In this document: piece after piece, positions 13,506 to 26,859 of the stretch
Numbering within the stretch: the stretch's first letter is position 1
How the letters are laid out: each line of letters begins with the position of its first letter
NCBI GenBank assembly: GCA_951406725.2
Contig: OX597829.1
Location: forward strand, 35,216,001 to 35,280,000
Length of the DNA stretch: 64,000 bases
From: Octopus vulgaris
Lineage: Eukaryota
Reading direction: 5' to 3'
Position numbers and translations under genes: made by a program
The notes under the pieces: generated by a model
Databases searched by the model: none
What the model saw: only the letters and a program-made list of their open reading frames with translations
What the model was told of the DNA's origin: nothing

Positions 13506-14027
13506 TGAGTATGTATGTACGTGTGCGTATGCATACACGTTCATGTGTAGGATGTATGTACACACATTTTTTTTTTCAACACAGAAGAAAACAATAAGAA
13601 CCATGAACGCAAGAAACAAGTCATATCAAAAAAGGGGGAAGAACAACAATTACATGAACATCAGCAACTAGAAAAATAAAAATAGAAACTGAAAGACGTA
13701 ATCAACTTGCAGGAACATGAAGGAACCCCCGGAGTCAAACACATGAATTATACATAGAATATCTAGGCTGTATTTTCCAAATGTCTTTTGAAGTCTATTT
13801 GTATGTTTTTTTTCTTTACTTTGTTATTATGTATATTGCAGTGCCAGTATCGTGTTTTATTAAGTGAACGCACGTATATTTCGTATTCATTGATAAAACT
13901 CGTATAATACTTCTTTATACATGTATACATGCTCACTCATATATACATACTCTCTCTTTCTCTCGTTCTCTCTCCCTCTCATACACAGACATCATCCATC
14001 CATCCATCCATCTATCCATCCATCATG

Positions 14028-14180
<153 letters not shown>

Positions 14181-14419
14181 ATACTTACCCCATCTGCATT
14201 CACATATATGTACTTCTTTATATACTTAAACTGATTAGCATTAGTTACTTTTGTAATTTAACTATAATACATATAATCTTAACCTAACACACTAACTTAT
14301 GTTCATCTTTGTTTATCATTCTCTTGAGCCTTTTGTTGTCGATGTATCGAGTTTCTTTTGACTAAATTATTTGAAGAAATAATAGAGTGTAATCTTAAAA
14401 AGTCGTCTTTCTCACTAGA

Positions 14420-14790
14420 AATTTATTGGCATGATCCTAGTATTCACCAATTGTAGATATATCCACTGTTAAGTTGTCAGCATGATCAAGTAGTTCTTAT
14501 GCTACATCTCACACTAATCAAGGCTAATTGGCCAGACATGTTTTTCAAGGATCACCGAGAAAATCATCTTACCAAATCGAAGCATTAGTTGCAACAGACA
14601 ATGAAATATTTTTAATAAATAGAAAAAAAATTCCAGATGCAAAAATCTAGAAGTAAAGATGATCAGAATGAGAGAAGTGGCACTAAAAACACTCCCTATA
14701 GTAATAGAAGTTTTGGAAATGATAAAACATAAAGTTGCGTTGCTAGGTACCATTCACAAAATATGTAAAGTACTGACATTACTATAGAAA
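14420..14790 (+). mobile_element. Decayed RLE-type (R4/Dong/NeSL-like) non-LTR retrotransposon, C-terminal endonuclease fragment
   Basis: Plus-strand pieces ANWPDMFFKD, EK.SRCKNLEVKMIRM, KTLPIVIEVLEMI and KVALLGTIHKICKVL match the ANRPD...EK..KY.DLE...RMW...P.I.GALG...K..LLGTAHILRKVL pattern. Confidence 0.6.
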
Positions 14791-15004
14791 ATACAAATCA
14801 AAACAAAATAATGTGCATGCTTAGAAACTTCAGAGCTGCACTTTGGAGAGCACGGGAAAACGCGTAAAAAGTATTGGTATGACTAATGGGCGTCAGTGTT
14901 AATATTTTATTTCACAATGAAAAAAATTAGCAATGATTCAATCTGTCAAATACTTTGGGTTAATCCAAATTGACCAACATTACCAAACTCAGATCTGTTC
15001 TTGA

Positions 15005-16530
15005 CACTTGCTACATGACGTGTTGGCTGTCATGAATAGATCTGCCGACGATCGCAGAGGTTTGCTCGTCTCTAACGATACTACTAACGACAAGCACCAT
15101 TTTCTTGACGATCAACTTTTCCAAACCTTTAAAATCTGTCTTGAGCAGGGATATGAATTGAAAATTTTCTGTCACGTTCCCTTTGCCTGGACCATTCCTT
15201 AACAGTGTTACCACTCTCCGATTCACTCAGCTGAAAATGTTCCCAGTTTCTTGTCAGCTGCAGTACACAGTTGCCGAGATAGGAGTGAAGTAAATTGGCA
15301 TGTGGAAATGGGGCTCACTTGGTAGTGATTTGTGCCCTGATATACTAACCCAGCCGGTTAGTATATCTGCTTCCGAGGAATGTCGAACTTGCAATAGCGG
15401 GCTTTGATGCCTACCTTGAAGATTGTCAGCGCCTACCAAACAAGCAGACTGAGTGCTGTAAAAAGCAGATTTCAGTTGATAAAAATGGCAAGTGTGTTAA
15501 GCCGATGAATGGGACTCAGTTTTACGTCTAGGCATTTTTGAAATAGTACTGGTCGAAATAACCGATCGAAGGAGTCGAAGCGATTGTGTTTCGGATACTC
15601 AAATTATGCTAACAGCTACTGCACCTAGATGTAGTGACTTGAGATCGCTGAGCTGGTGTCCATGATTCCATACCCTCCTCAGACCACGAGCGTTTTAAAA
15701 ACGAAGAGTCGGTTACATACCCTGGTATTTTATGGGCTTTTGTACGGGTCCTCAAGAATCCTTCAGTCATATAAAATTTTAAAACATCCTGAACCATTTG
15801 GAGAATGCTTTCACAAAATGCGGTACATCGCTGATGTAGTTCTTAATAGAACGCCACTCGACGAGTTTTGGACTGACCGCACCAAGACACGGCTTCTTAA
15901 AACTTGACTTAGTTGTACCGTCTCTTGTCATCTTGATTGCTATTTATTATGCTATTTTTGCTGTTGGCCGCGTGGATTTTCTTGTTTCTGTTGTTGGTGT
16001 TGCTGTTGTTGGTGTTGCTGTTGTTGGTGTTGCTGTTGTTGGTTTCTATTGTGGTTAAGATTGTTGTTATTGTGGTTGTTATTGCTGTGACTATTGTTAA
16101 TATTGCTGATGTGATTGTTGGCATGTAACCTGGCTTAAGTGATTAAACGCACTTTTCTGGAGATGTTAAGATTAGTATTTCCACGCTTTTGGGAATTAGT
16201 GGTGGTGGGTCAATTCAGTATTTTCATTTCATTTCTTTTTGAGGGTTGTTCGACTATAAGACTTTTGGACACTTTTGTGCAATATTTCATGTATCTTGTA
16301 GCTACTTCCAAATCAGAGGGCTCGATTGGGCTTGGGCTGGACATGTGTACGTAATTCATTGATGTCACGGTTGTTGGGGGAAGTGGTGGGGAATTCTTTC
16401 CGCATTCTGTAACAAGGGAAATACTTTGCAATAACAATTTCTTTTCATTGCCACAGGATCGTCAGATAAATGGGGCATTACAAAAACCGGTTACGATTTG
16501 TTTAGGAGTGTACATAAAATCGGGTGAGTG
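15005..16530 (-). mobile_element. Decayed Tx1/L1-clade LINE (ORF1 zinc-knuckle remnant to RT N-terminus)
   Basis: VVTLLRNGPGKGNVTENFQFISLLKTDFKGLEKLIVKKMVLVVSSIVRDEQTSAIVGRSIHDSQH resembles the L1/Tx1 RT motif (NYRPISLLN.D.K...Q..AI.GRSI.DN). Near 16420-16480, RSCG...IAKYFP resembles a CCHC knuckle. Confidence 0.7.
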
Positions 16531-16582
16531 GATCAAAAAGTAGGAAAAAATAAAAGTGTAAGTATCCATAATATACAATATA

Positions 16583-17145
16583 CTAGTGGGACCCGTGGAA
16601 ATTCCACAGACTGAAAAACATTAAGAAAAGCTATTTAAGAAAGTAGGATCATTTGCACTTTTATAATTATTTTGCTAAGTATTTCACTTCCAGTCACAAT
16701 AATACATTATATTTTAAAATTTCAGTCTACCAAGTACTCTATATCTTTCTTTTTCTCTCTACCTCTTCAACAAACATTTTAACTATGTAATTTCCGTCTT
16801 CATGTCTTTAACATGTCTCTTTCTCTTCACCTCTCATTTCCACTAACTCTCGCTCTCTTAATGTAACTGCCTCCCCTGCCCATCTCTCTTTATCTGCCTT
16901 TCATTAACCTCACTACCAGAACATCACCCTCTGCTAAATATTGTATCCTAAACATGTTTCTTTCTCTTTACCTTTCCCTCCCCACCCTACAGCATGACGT
17001 TAACACTTCTCTCACCCTCTTTTCTGTCACTGTCTTTTTCTCTCGTTCTTCGTCTCTCCCTTCAACTAACAACGTGACGCATTTGACCTTCTAAAACCTT
17101 TTTCTCTACTTTTTCCTCACTTCTTTCCTCTCTACTCATACTCCT

Positions 17146-17190
<45 letters not shown>

Positions 17191-17255
17191 TTTTAGTCTA
17201 CCTCTATCTTTCTAACTAACTAAAATATAACGGGCGAACGAACAAGCAGATTATT
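16583..17255 (-). mobile_element. Possible non-autonomous Helitron
   Basis: The minus-strand 3' end has a GTGGA-loop-TCCAC hairpin a few bases before CTAG|T (16583-16586). The 5' boundary is uncertain. Confidence 0.4.
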
Positions 17256-17379
17256 ATTATTTCTAAAATAAAACAGCTGCTAAGGTAAATCAAGGATTCA
17301 ACCTGATTCAAAATCACCCTAACGTTCAAAGGCAGAGCTCTGCAGCGACGTGACGTATTAAATGCTCAGATTAGATCCT

Positions 17380-17438
<59 letters not shown>
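17380..17438. repeat. (TAC)n microsatellite
   Basis: Directly visible. Confidence 0.95.
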
Positions 17439-18142
17439 ACTTCCTTGCATAGGCTCACGTTAAGAAATATGGAGGGAGAACATAGTCAATTAAATCGAGT
17501 ATATGACTGGGATTCAATTTTATTGACAGTGAAGGGAACAATGATGATGATGTTGATGATGATGGTGAAAGAATTTATGAATATATGACAAGAGAGAGAG
17601 AGAGAGAGAGAGAGAAAGGGAGAGGGGAGGGAGATGGAGAGAGGGGGTAAGATAGTGAGTGGGAGAGAGTAATATGCTGGTTTTTAGGGAGGAAAGAAGA
17701 AGCATATTATATGAAGACATATTGTATTTACACTTACGTGTCTCTGATCGAATTAGAGAGTAAGATAGTAGGAACTATATGCGTGTGTTGTGTGTGTGTG
17801 TATATGTGTATGTACATTTACACGTATATACACATGTATGTATATGTGTGTGTGCGTGTGTATATGTGTGTGTATAGGAAGAGAAAACGGAATAAAGAGA
17901 AAACGGAATAAAGAGAGACGCAGAATGATATGGAATGCAGTCAAATCTACGGCCGGAATATGCGGGCTGTTGTCAAGAAGTGAATTTCTTGGGTTTATGG
18001 ATTTTAATTTATGGATTGTAGATTCTCATTGTGGATTGCCCCCAGCTATTCCAAGTCTCTCATTATGCGCTGGGAGGCGAAACCCTATCGATTCAATCAA
18101 TCCCTCGACAGTCTATTCATTAGAGAAGGAAAATAGATCATA

Positions 18143-18227
<85 letters not shown>

Positions 18228-18399
18228 TTACACACACACACATACACACACACATACACACACACACACACATATATAACATATATACATACATACTTAT
18301 GTATATGTACATATGTGGATATATCAATCTATCTGTCTGTCTGTCTATCTACCAGTCTACCTACCTACCTACCTACCTACCTACCAACCTGCGTGCCTA

Positions 18400-18482
<83 letters not shown>

Positions 18483-18933
18483 CTCTCTCTCTCTCTCACT
18501 CTCTCTATATATATATCTATATATATCTATCTATATATATATACATACACACATGTATAGTAAGGGAGACAAATTGAAGGACAGAAAGAAAGAGAGGGAG
18601 GGTGAGAGAAGAGTGAGGGAGGAAGATGAGAACGGCAGAAAAGTGAGAGAGGGAAAAGGGAGAGAGAGAGGGAGAGAAAGAAAGAGTGAGGGAGAGAGCC
18701 TTCGTTTGTGTGTGTTAGTGTATGCATGTGTGTGTGTATGTGTACATGCGTATATATGTGCGCGCGCATCCACGAGCGAAAGAAGTTGACTCAGATGAAG
18801 AAATCACTGAAGATGCACGATATGGAAATTTTTGTTTGTTTGTGTGTGTGTGTGGCGGATGAGTTAGTTTCATGCTTTGGAATTTGCGTAATGGATGTGA
18901 CTTTACACACGTGGTGTGTGTGTGTATATATAC

Positions 18934-19014
<81 letters not shown>

Positions 19015-19070
19015 TGTGTGTCTGTATGTGTGCATGAATATTTATTTAAACTTTTATAGAGATGAAGCTA

Positions 19071-19113
19071 ACAGGGACTTCGAATTTCTGATTACATGTC
19101 TTCATCAGACTGT
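19071..19113 (-). ncRNA. Degenerate hammerhead motif in a PLE-like tail
   Basis: The minus strand reads ACAGT-CTGATGA-AGACATGTAATCA-GAAA-TTCGAA-GTC-CCTGT. One stem III base and one stem I pair are lost. Confidence 0.4.
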
Positions 19114-19232
19114 AATTACTTCTGTTGTTTTTAGTTTTATATAATCTTCGGCAGATTGTTTTTGATCAGTGTTTCAACTTGAATGATAATTGCGTGTGGT
19201 ATGGATAGATGAGGGAGGGTTGATCAGGGACA

Positions 19233-19295
<63 letters not shown>

Positions 19296-19463
19296 TTATC
19301 TATCTATCTATCTAGCTAGCTAGCTAGCTAGCTAGCCCTGTATGGCTAATAAAGAAACATATCTATCTATCTATCTATCTGCCTTGGTTTTGATTTTTTC
19401 CTATAATATGTGTGTAAATATATATATATACACATACACACACACACACACACATTATAGAAA

Positions 19464-19694
19464 AAGGCGGCGAGCTGGCAGAAACGTTAGCACGCCGGGC
19501 GCAATGCGTAGCCGTATTTCGTCTGCCGTTACGTCCTGAGTTCAAATTCTGCCGAGGTCGACTTTGCCATTCATCCTTTCAGGGTCGATAAATTAAGTAC
19601 CAGTTACGCACTGGGGTCGATATGATCGACCTAATCCGTATTTTTGTCCTTGTTTGTCCCCTCTGTGTTCAGCCCCTTGTGGGTAGTAAAGAAA
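19464..19694 (+). mobile_element. Full-length tRNA-derived SINE (family B)
   Basis: Head GGCGGCGAGCTGGCAGAAACGTTAGCACG, B-box-like GAGTTCAAATTC, a body shared with other copies, and tail GGGTAGTAAAGAAATA. Confidence 0.85.
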
Positions 19695-19739
19695 TATATA
19701 TATATATATATATATTGTCTTTTGATAAAAGTTTTGTTT

Positions 19740-21650
19740 TTGTATTTATATTGGGTTATGGTAGGAGAAAAGGTTGGAGAAATTTATAGGGTAGAAAATG
19801 TCTTAGAGGTTTGAAAAGCTTGTGTTTTCAGAAATAAATTAACTTACAGTTGCGGTTCAATATTTGGGTCTCCAAATAAAGAATTTCATAGGAGTCAGCT
19901 GAACAAAGTTGTCAAGTTTTATTGCTTACTTGGTATCATTGTGTATGGGAAAATAACTTCTAATTAATGCTAAACAGTATATTTTTAAACTTTAGCGTCC
20001 AAATATGTTTAGATAGTGTGGTGTCACTTTCCTGTTCGGATTGAAAGTGGGATGCGCGTGTTGATTGTGCAATCTTTTGACCTGATTTGTTATCGCCTCT
20101 ATGTATGTGGCGGTGGTTAATTAGTGATTACAGTAGCACAATACATTATTATAAAGTAATTTTCATTTAAAGATCAGAGTGAATTGGTGTTGCAGTTGCA
20201 ATTAGTAGAGTTGAGGTCGTGCGTTGGCTTTCATATTTTGAAACTTTTTGATAATAATAGACTATAATTGTTAGTCGTGGAGCATTATACTATATTGTGT
20301 TTATTGGTCTGTGATACTTGCGATTTGGATGGAAGTCTTTTTGAAGTAATTTGAAGAATATCTAGCTATTTGTGTAAAGACATTTGTTGCAGAATGGACT
20401 TTTCCTATTTTTGTGCTTTTTTTTATTGTGGGTGTGATATTGAAATGGATTGCTCCCCTATAACTGTTTGTTATGTGGAGTTGAATATTGATTCATTAGA
20501 AGATAAAGAAGAGTTTTAGCGACATGTTCTTGATTAGGTTGTTAAATATACAATACTTGGGGGATGGTCTGAGTGGTTATTTGGATGTTTTACTTTGCCA
20601 TTTTATAGAGTATATGAATGGAAGTATCTAAGTCTTGGTCGAGATCGATAAAGTTAGCTAATTTAAGATGAGTAGTTACAGCTATGGTAAATTCTAGGTT
20701 TCTGAAGAACAGATGTAATTCTTTTATAAGTTTGCCGTTTTTTTTTTGTGTATTGAAACTTCTTAGCAAGAGTAAACCATAGTCTCTGTAGATTCAATGT
20801 GAAACAATGGTGGATATTTCGTGTATGCTACTAATATATATGTGCCAAGATGTCACTTCTGCTGAGATCTTTGGTCCTATACTAATACCAAATGGTTCTT
20901 TAACGTCTTTCTTGTCCCAGTATGCATCGTTGTGTAATAGAAGGAATTTCATAGATTGTAGTAATATTTCTAGTTGAGCATCTTTAATTGTTTTTATTGA
21001 TTCAAAGTAGTTGTTTTAATATTGTAGTTTTATAGTCTTTGATGTTAAGCTGGCAGAAATGGCACTTATTTCTATTTAGGCTAAAACAAACCAATCAAAT
21101 ACTGCATACGTGTTACTCCAGAGGGGTAAATTTGAACGTGCTTAAATTATTGGTGTGAATGCGTCGAGAATTTTCTTGCTAATGATACCTAAGTCCAATT
21201 TAGAAGTCTATTAGTCTGACGGATAGGTTATTACTGAAACGGGTCTGTGATCATTCATAGTAATCTATGAAGATTCGAGTGTTAAGATATCTATACTATC
21301 CTTCACTTTGAGGGTGGTCGCTATGTCTTGACTGCTATGTTTATGTGATTATTATAAGGTGTACATGATTCTTTTTTTTTATATGTGTTAAATCTTATGT
21401 TAGAAAGGAAACGATTTTAAGAGGCTTGACATAACTGCTGTAGCCAGTTTTCTGCTTTGGTTTATTCTGCAGTGCGTTTCTTAGCTTGTTAAACATTTTC
21501 TTTATGATTGCGAATAGTTCATCTTTGAAAGGCTGCTGTAATGGAAAAGATGGCGGATTGTCATGAATTCGTTTTAGTCAGCGGGATTTTCATCATGCTT
21601 GTCTTTTCTGTATTGGTAAACTTTCCATCTTAGGCTCGTGCAACTTTTGG
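19740..21650 (-). mobile_element. Decayed Naiad-like PLE (RT, thumb, GIY-YIG)
   Basis: The minus strand reads EILLQSMKFLLLHNDAYWDKKDVKEPFGISIGPKISAEV (like W.KK...FDVTMGS.DGAEV), then YRDYGL (like LYRDDGL). Many stops. Confidence 0.65.
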
Positions 21651-21842
21651 TTTTTTTCACTAGTATTTTTAGGTACATGGCAGTTGGTAGCTTCTTGGTT
21701 GTTATTACTTGAAAAGTGTATACGTTGTTGGTTCAGCTTTTCTTATTTTCATTTAATGTTAAAAAAAGCATTCATGTTGAAACGGAACAATTGTGTTAAT
21801 GTTTATCAAAAACATCCCACCAAAGACCAAATGAAACCAAAC

Positions 21843-21878
<36 letters not shown>

Positions 21879-22212
21879 GCAACAAGGATATCCAGAGGTA
21901 ATGCAGTACGATCGTTTCATGCGACTCCATTGCATCAATTTAAAATGTAGAGAATAAGTCCTTCGAATTTAATTAAATTCTATATTTTTATGCAGCTGAA
22001 GATTAGTCTACATTTTAAATTGATGTAATGTTTACATTGTTTTAATTAAATGGAGTCGCATGAAACGATCGTACTGCATCACCTCTGGATATCCTTGTTG
22101 CTTATTTTGATTATAATCACCCCATTTTTAATTATATGGATAATACCATACTAAATTCTGGTGCCTTTAACTTAAGTACCATATTCATCTGAATCTAAAT
22201 TTTACTGAACTT
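21879..22212 (+). mobile_element. (TA)n-flanked PLE-derived fold-back element with a hammerhead
   Basis: 53-bp inverted repeat at 21879-21931 / 22049-22101 with 1 mismatch. The tail is homologous to 9349-9470. Confidence 0.8.
21990..22079 (+). ncRNA. Putative type-I hammerhead ribozyme
   Basis: ATGCAG-CTGAAGA (21996-22002)...GAAAC (22062)-GATC-GTA (22071-22073)-CTGCAT. Perfect 6-bp stem I and palindromic stem III ACGATCGT; stem II pairing is unclear. Confidence 0.65.
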
Positions 22213-22533
22213 ATATATATATATATATAAGGGTAAGATCCAGGGATCCAAGTGTAGAAAGATTGTAAGCCTTAAGCAGTACGTGGCAGATATAGAAAAC
22301 AAAAAGTGTACATTCAGGAGCAATAACAATTTATTGGCGTCGAATGTTATTCCTTTTTCTCTCAGATCGAAGTCATGAGGAAATTCGATAATCTGAAGAT
22401 TTCTGTATAGCTCACGGTTAGCAGCTAGAGTTGAGGGAGTAGGGGTAAAATCCATGCTACATATGTCTTTTAGTTAGGTGACCCTCTTATATAATAATTA
22501 CACAACGAGGCGTATTCAACTTAGCTAATAATA

Positions 22534-22865
22534 GGCGCAGGCGTGGCTGTGTGGTAAGAAGTTTGCTTCTCAGTCACATGGTTCCGGGTTCAGTCCCACT
22601 GTGTGGCGCCTTGGGCAAGTGTCTTCTGGTATAGCCTTGGGCCGACCAAAGCCTTGAAGACGGAAACTGAAAAAGCCCATCGTATATCTGTCTATCTACA
22701 TATCTATTTTTTCGTGTCTCTGTTTATCACCCACCATCACTTGGCAATCGGTGTTAGTGTGTTTACGTCCTTTTATCTTAGCGGTTCGCCTAATTAAAGA
22801 GACCAGTAAGTGCCACGATTTACTAGAAAAAATAATAAATACTGGGATCGATTCGTTCGATTAAA
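22534..22865 (+). mobile_element. tRNA-derived CORE-type SINE (family A)
   Basis: A-box TGGCTGTGTGG, B-box-like GGTTCAGTCCC, and CORE-like CCTTGGGCAAGTGTCTT. Homologous to the 31372 copy. Confidence 0.85.
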
Positions 22866-23042
22866 TAAAAGACTAATTTAAAAAACAATTGAAATAGATC
22901 TGGCTCGCGGGCCATATATTTGACACTTTTGTCCTGTGTGATTCCTCGACTTACTAAAAATTTCTATCAAATCATCCCCAACTCTCATATCACAGTATTT
23001 TGGAAAAGAAAGAAAATTCAAGGCACACTGTATAATGCAGAT

Positions 23043-23300
23043 CAGTGTTTCCCAACTTATTTTTCCCCAGGCTCCATTATAACTTTCCAGAAAAATGTAT
23101 GCCCCACCAGTGGTTGGAAAGAAACAATTTATTTTTTAATATTTTATCACAATTATTTAAAATAAAAGAATTTACCAACGACACTTTTATTAAATACTGA
23201 ATAAAAAGAATACGATATTCACAATTCCATGCCCCACTAAAGCAAAAAATTTGGATCTTATCACAATTTTCTCACACCCCATAGGTGAGGCGCCCGCCTC
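23043..23300. mobile_element. Possible hAT-type MITE end
   Basis: Begins CAGTGTTTCCCAAC, typical of hAT TIRs. No convincing partner TIR was found. Confidence 0.3.
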
Positions 23301-24159
23301 TAAAAAAAATGAGTTGATTATCATCGGAATACCATTTCGTCATGCCAAATCTACTCAGCCAGAGTTGAACTTAGGCCATAATAAGGTTTTTTATTTTTTA
23401 AATTTTCGCTTCTTTGTGTTTATTTCATTTTATTTTATTTTATACTTTCTTCGGTCGTTGTACAGATTATGTCTTTCTGAAGTAATTGAATCATGTATTG
23501 TTTGTTTACTATCTTTCCTTGTAGTCATCCTTTTGTTTATTTCAGATTCTTCAAAATTCTGTAAGCATTTAGCTTTAATTCTCAGTATGTACAAAAACAA
23601 TCTCACCAGTCCATTGATAGGTTCTAATCACTCCTGTGTAATCGACCGCATGACAAACAATCTTTAGCTGAGGCAGAAACTCTTCCTTTTTATAATAATT
23701 ATGATTTTTTTCAATTTTGAGGGAAGTGGTAAGCCGATTACATTGGCCGCAGGAGGTGATTGGTACATTATCTTATCGATCCCCAAAGGATGTGAAGCAG
23801 AGTTGACTTAGGTTGGGTGATCGTAATTTGCATAGGCCGTAAGTTAGGGAGTAATATAAATATATACGATAAGTTTTCGTATAATTTCTTTTTACCAAAT
23901 CTCACTCAAAAGGAATCGGTCAACCCAAAGCACTATAGAAAAATGTTGACTAAAGTGCCATGGAGTGGGATTGAAACTGGAACAACTCGATTGCGAAGTG
24001 AACTTCTTAAATACAGGTCATGCATACGTATGTATATGTATATGATTAGAATTTCGAATGTGTTCAGAATTTCGAATTACTATGTATCTGATATAGTTGA
24101 TTAAAAATTTGTATACAGGTATATCTCTAGTGAAGTGAATCATATATAATAACATAGTA

Positions 24160-24703
24160 ATTGGTTTCAAATTTTAGCGAAGGGCCAACAATTTTAGGGG
24201 AGGGGTAAGTCGGTTAAATCAGCACCAATATACAACTAGTACTTATTTTGTCGATCTCGAAGAGATGAAAGGCAACGTTCCCGGAATATGAACTCCGAAC
24301 TTAAAGAAATACCTATTTCTTTACTACCCACAAGGACAAACAATCGGATTAAGTCGATTATATCGACCCCAGTGCGTAACTGGTCCTTAATTTATCGACC
24401 CCGAAAGGATGAAAGGCAAAGTCGACCTCGGCGGAATTTGAACTCAGAACATAGCAGCAGACGAAATACCTATTTCTTTACTACCCACAAGAGGCTAAAC
24501 ACAGAGAGGACAAACAAGGACAGACAAACGGGTTAAGTCGATTACATCGACCCCAATGCGTAACTGGTACTTAATTTATCGACCCCGAAAGGATGAATGG
24601 TAAAGTCGACCTCGGCGGAATTTGAACCCAGAGCGTAGCGGCAGACGAAATACCGCTAAACATTTTGCCCGGCGTGCTAACGATTCTACCTGCTCGCCGC
24701 CTT
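24160..24703 (-). mobile_element. SINE family B: one full copy (24469-24703) plus tandem partial copies
   Basis: Reverse complement of the 19464 family. The block AATTTATCGACCCCGAAAGGATGAA..GTCGACCTCGGCGGAATTTGAAC occurs twice, with a third diverged copy at 24160-24310. Confidence 0.85.
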
Positions 24704-26276
24704 ATAAACAACATAATTATTAAAATAAAGGACTAAAGACAATCAGTTGCTTTTCAGACTTTTGCATTGCTTTTGTTATCACCTGCAATATCCCTGTATA
24801 TTTTTCCACTGCATTTAATTTTTGAAGACAAAAAATATTTTACTTCTAAATAACTGCCAATAGTTCTGAAATTACAAATTTAGTGTCATGCAAAGTAAAT
24901 CAGCTTGATCTCAAATGCTGAAGACGTTTACTTTACAAAAATGCGTTCGCAACAAGTTAGATGAACTTCCATCATTGATACTTTCAAATTGATAGAAGTA
25001 GTTTACTCCACCACAAATACCAATTTGATATCTTTACCGTTCTTAATCTAAACTATTACAGGAACTTTAATCCTTCTGCATCGTAACGGTAACAGTGCTA
25101 TTATATAATTGCGGCATCGAAATGTTACTCTATGGTAACACTGTTGCAGTGGACAGTACACATTGGTGACATTTTAACAAGAAGCACACTACTATGTAAA
25201 GATATTTACACGCCCATCTATTATATACTCCAGCTGCATTAGTCACACCACACCGTAACAGTAAATACACTATGCTTAAAAAAAAAACTTTCCCCAGTAC
25301 ACACTAAAAAAGAACTACAAACATGTAATCAAATCAGTACAAAAGAACAAAACTACTTGGTTTTCACTCTCATTCTCTCTCTCAATCTATTAGCGTCTGA
25401 AATTAAAAACAAAAACAGGAACAATGACAACAGCAAAAAAAAACCAAAAAAAAAACGGCAAAGCAACGAAAAATAATATATATAATTCTTAATAAGCAGT
25501 GGAACTACCAAAACAAAATCCACCCCACACTATAACCACCACAATGAATGCCACCTCACACTACCGCCACTATTACCAACGCACTCATTAAGAAAATCAA
25601 GAGCAACAGCAAACAAAACAGATAAACAACAACAATAAAAAAAAGACCAATAAAAATACCTGCACACGTAATTAGCAGTAAATAGAAACTGATTGTAAAT
25701 ATTCGGTGTCGAAAAATTAATAAAGAATAATTGCTAAACGACGTATTTGGATACTGAAAATCTGTTTAAGCTTATTAGAAGAACACTTGAGAAATTTCTA
25801 GAGAACTTAGCTATAACAACAACGTCTAATTTAAAGTGGCACTTACTTTAAACTCAGCTTTACTTTTCTTCTTATTTTACTTTGTAAACTATTGGCAACA
25901 GATGATAGCAGTAGACCAAAGTATTTTAGTTTCATTTTATTTTTCTATTGAATTTGTCGTGTAATTCAATTAAGCGACAAAACGGCCGAAAGTATAGACT
26001 TAACGGTAAGGTATCACATGACCTCGTGAGTTCGAATCTCCTTTGTTTATGATGCAAGCCGCTGAAATTGATACAGATGGTCACTTTTCATGAAGAATGT
26101 ACTAATGATTGACTAGCCTAATTTTTCTTTTTTTAAACTTGATATTGCGATTTGGGAAACAACAATAATGTTGGTTACAGAATTCAAATGTATCAGGCAC
26201 AGGTTGTTTATATTTCTGTAAGTCAGAAAACAAAAGAGTTGGGAATCATTACAGCTATTTCAGATGTGTTTTTATT

Positions 26277-26543
26277 GACGAACAAATCAATTACATCACG
26301 GAAAATCGAGAAAAAAAAAAAAAAAAAAAGAACGCTTTCTTCAGGTGATTAAAAATTTAAATCCAAAATTTAACATTTAGTATTTGGTTCATAACGAATA
26401 TATTTTTTAGATTGTCACCAAAATGATTGAATAAAAAAATATATATTCGTTACGTGCCAAATACAAAATGATAAATTTTGGATTTAAATATTTATTCACC
26501 CGAAGAAAACGGTATTTTTCATGTTGTGATTGATTTGTTCATC
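26277..26543. mobile_element. Fold-back MITE-like imperfect palindrome
   Basis: Arms at ~26277-26408 and ~26434-26543 are reverse complements (e.g. ATTTAAATCCAAAATTTA / TAAATTTTGGATTTAAAT), with a poly-A insertion in the left arm. Confidence 0.6.
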
Positions 26544-26859
26544 CAGTGAATCTCAACGCATTTGTGTTCTTACTTATTTACACTATACCGAGAACCTTCT
26601 CTACTTTAGATCTGGAACTTAAAGTGGACCGTAAAACTGCGTACTGGAGTACGTCTGTATGCGATTTTGCGTGTACATGTATATCTATGTATCAGTATAT
26701 TGATCTGTTTATATGCATGCATATGTAATTGGTATGACATGTCCGTATACATGCATTAATATATGTGTGTCTACATATATTGTTAATAGAAGGATATGCT
26801 ATTCTCGACCCTAACTTGGTGTCCTTATTAAAATACCTCGATTCAACTGGATCCTGCTA

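Noticed and set aside
15909-16437. Possible host exon with a Pro/Thr/Asn-rich peptide
   Set aside because: It lies between a zinc-knuckle remnant and Tx1/L1 RT motifs and has stops, so it is better explained as decayed LINE ORF1 plus low-complexity sequence.
24740-25280. Possible pogo/Tigger transposase remnant on the minus strand (TNAAG, DIKLVF..TTS)
   Set aside because: Too degraded to support without an HMM search.
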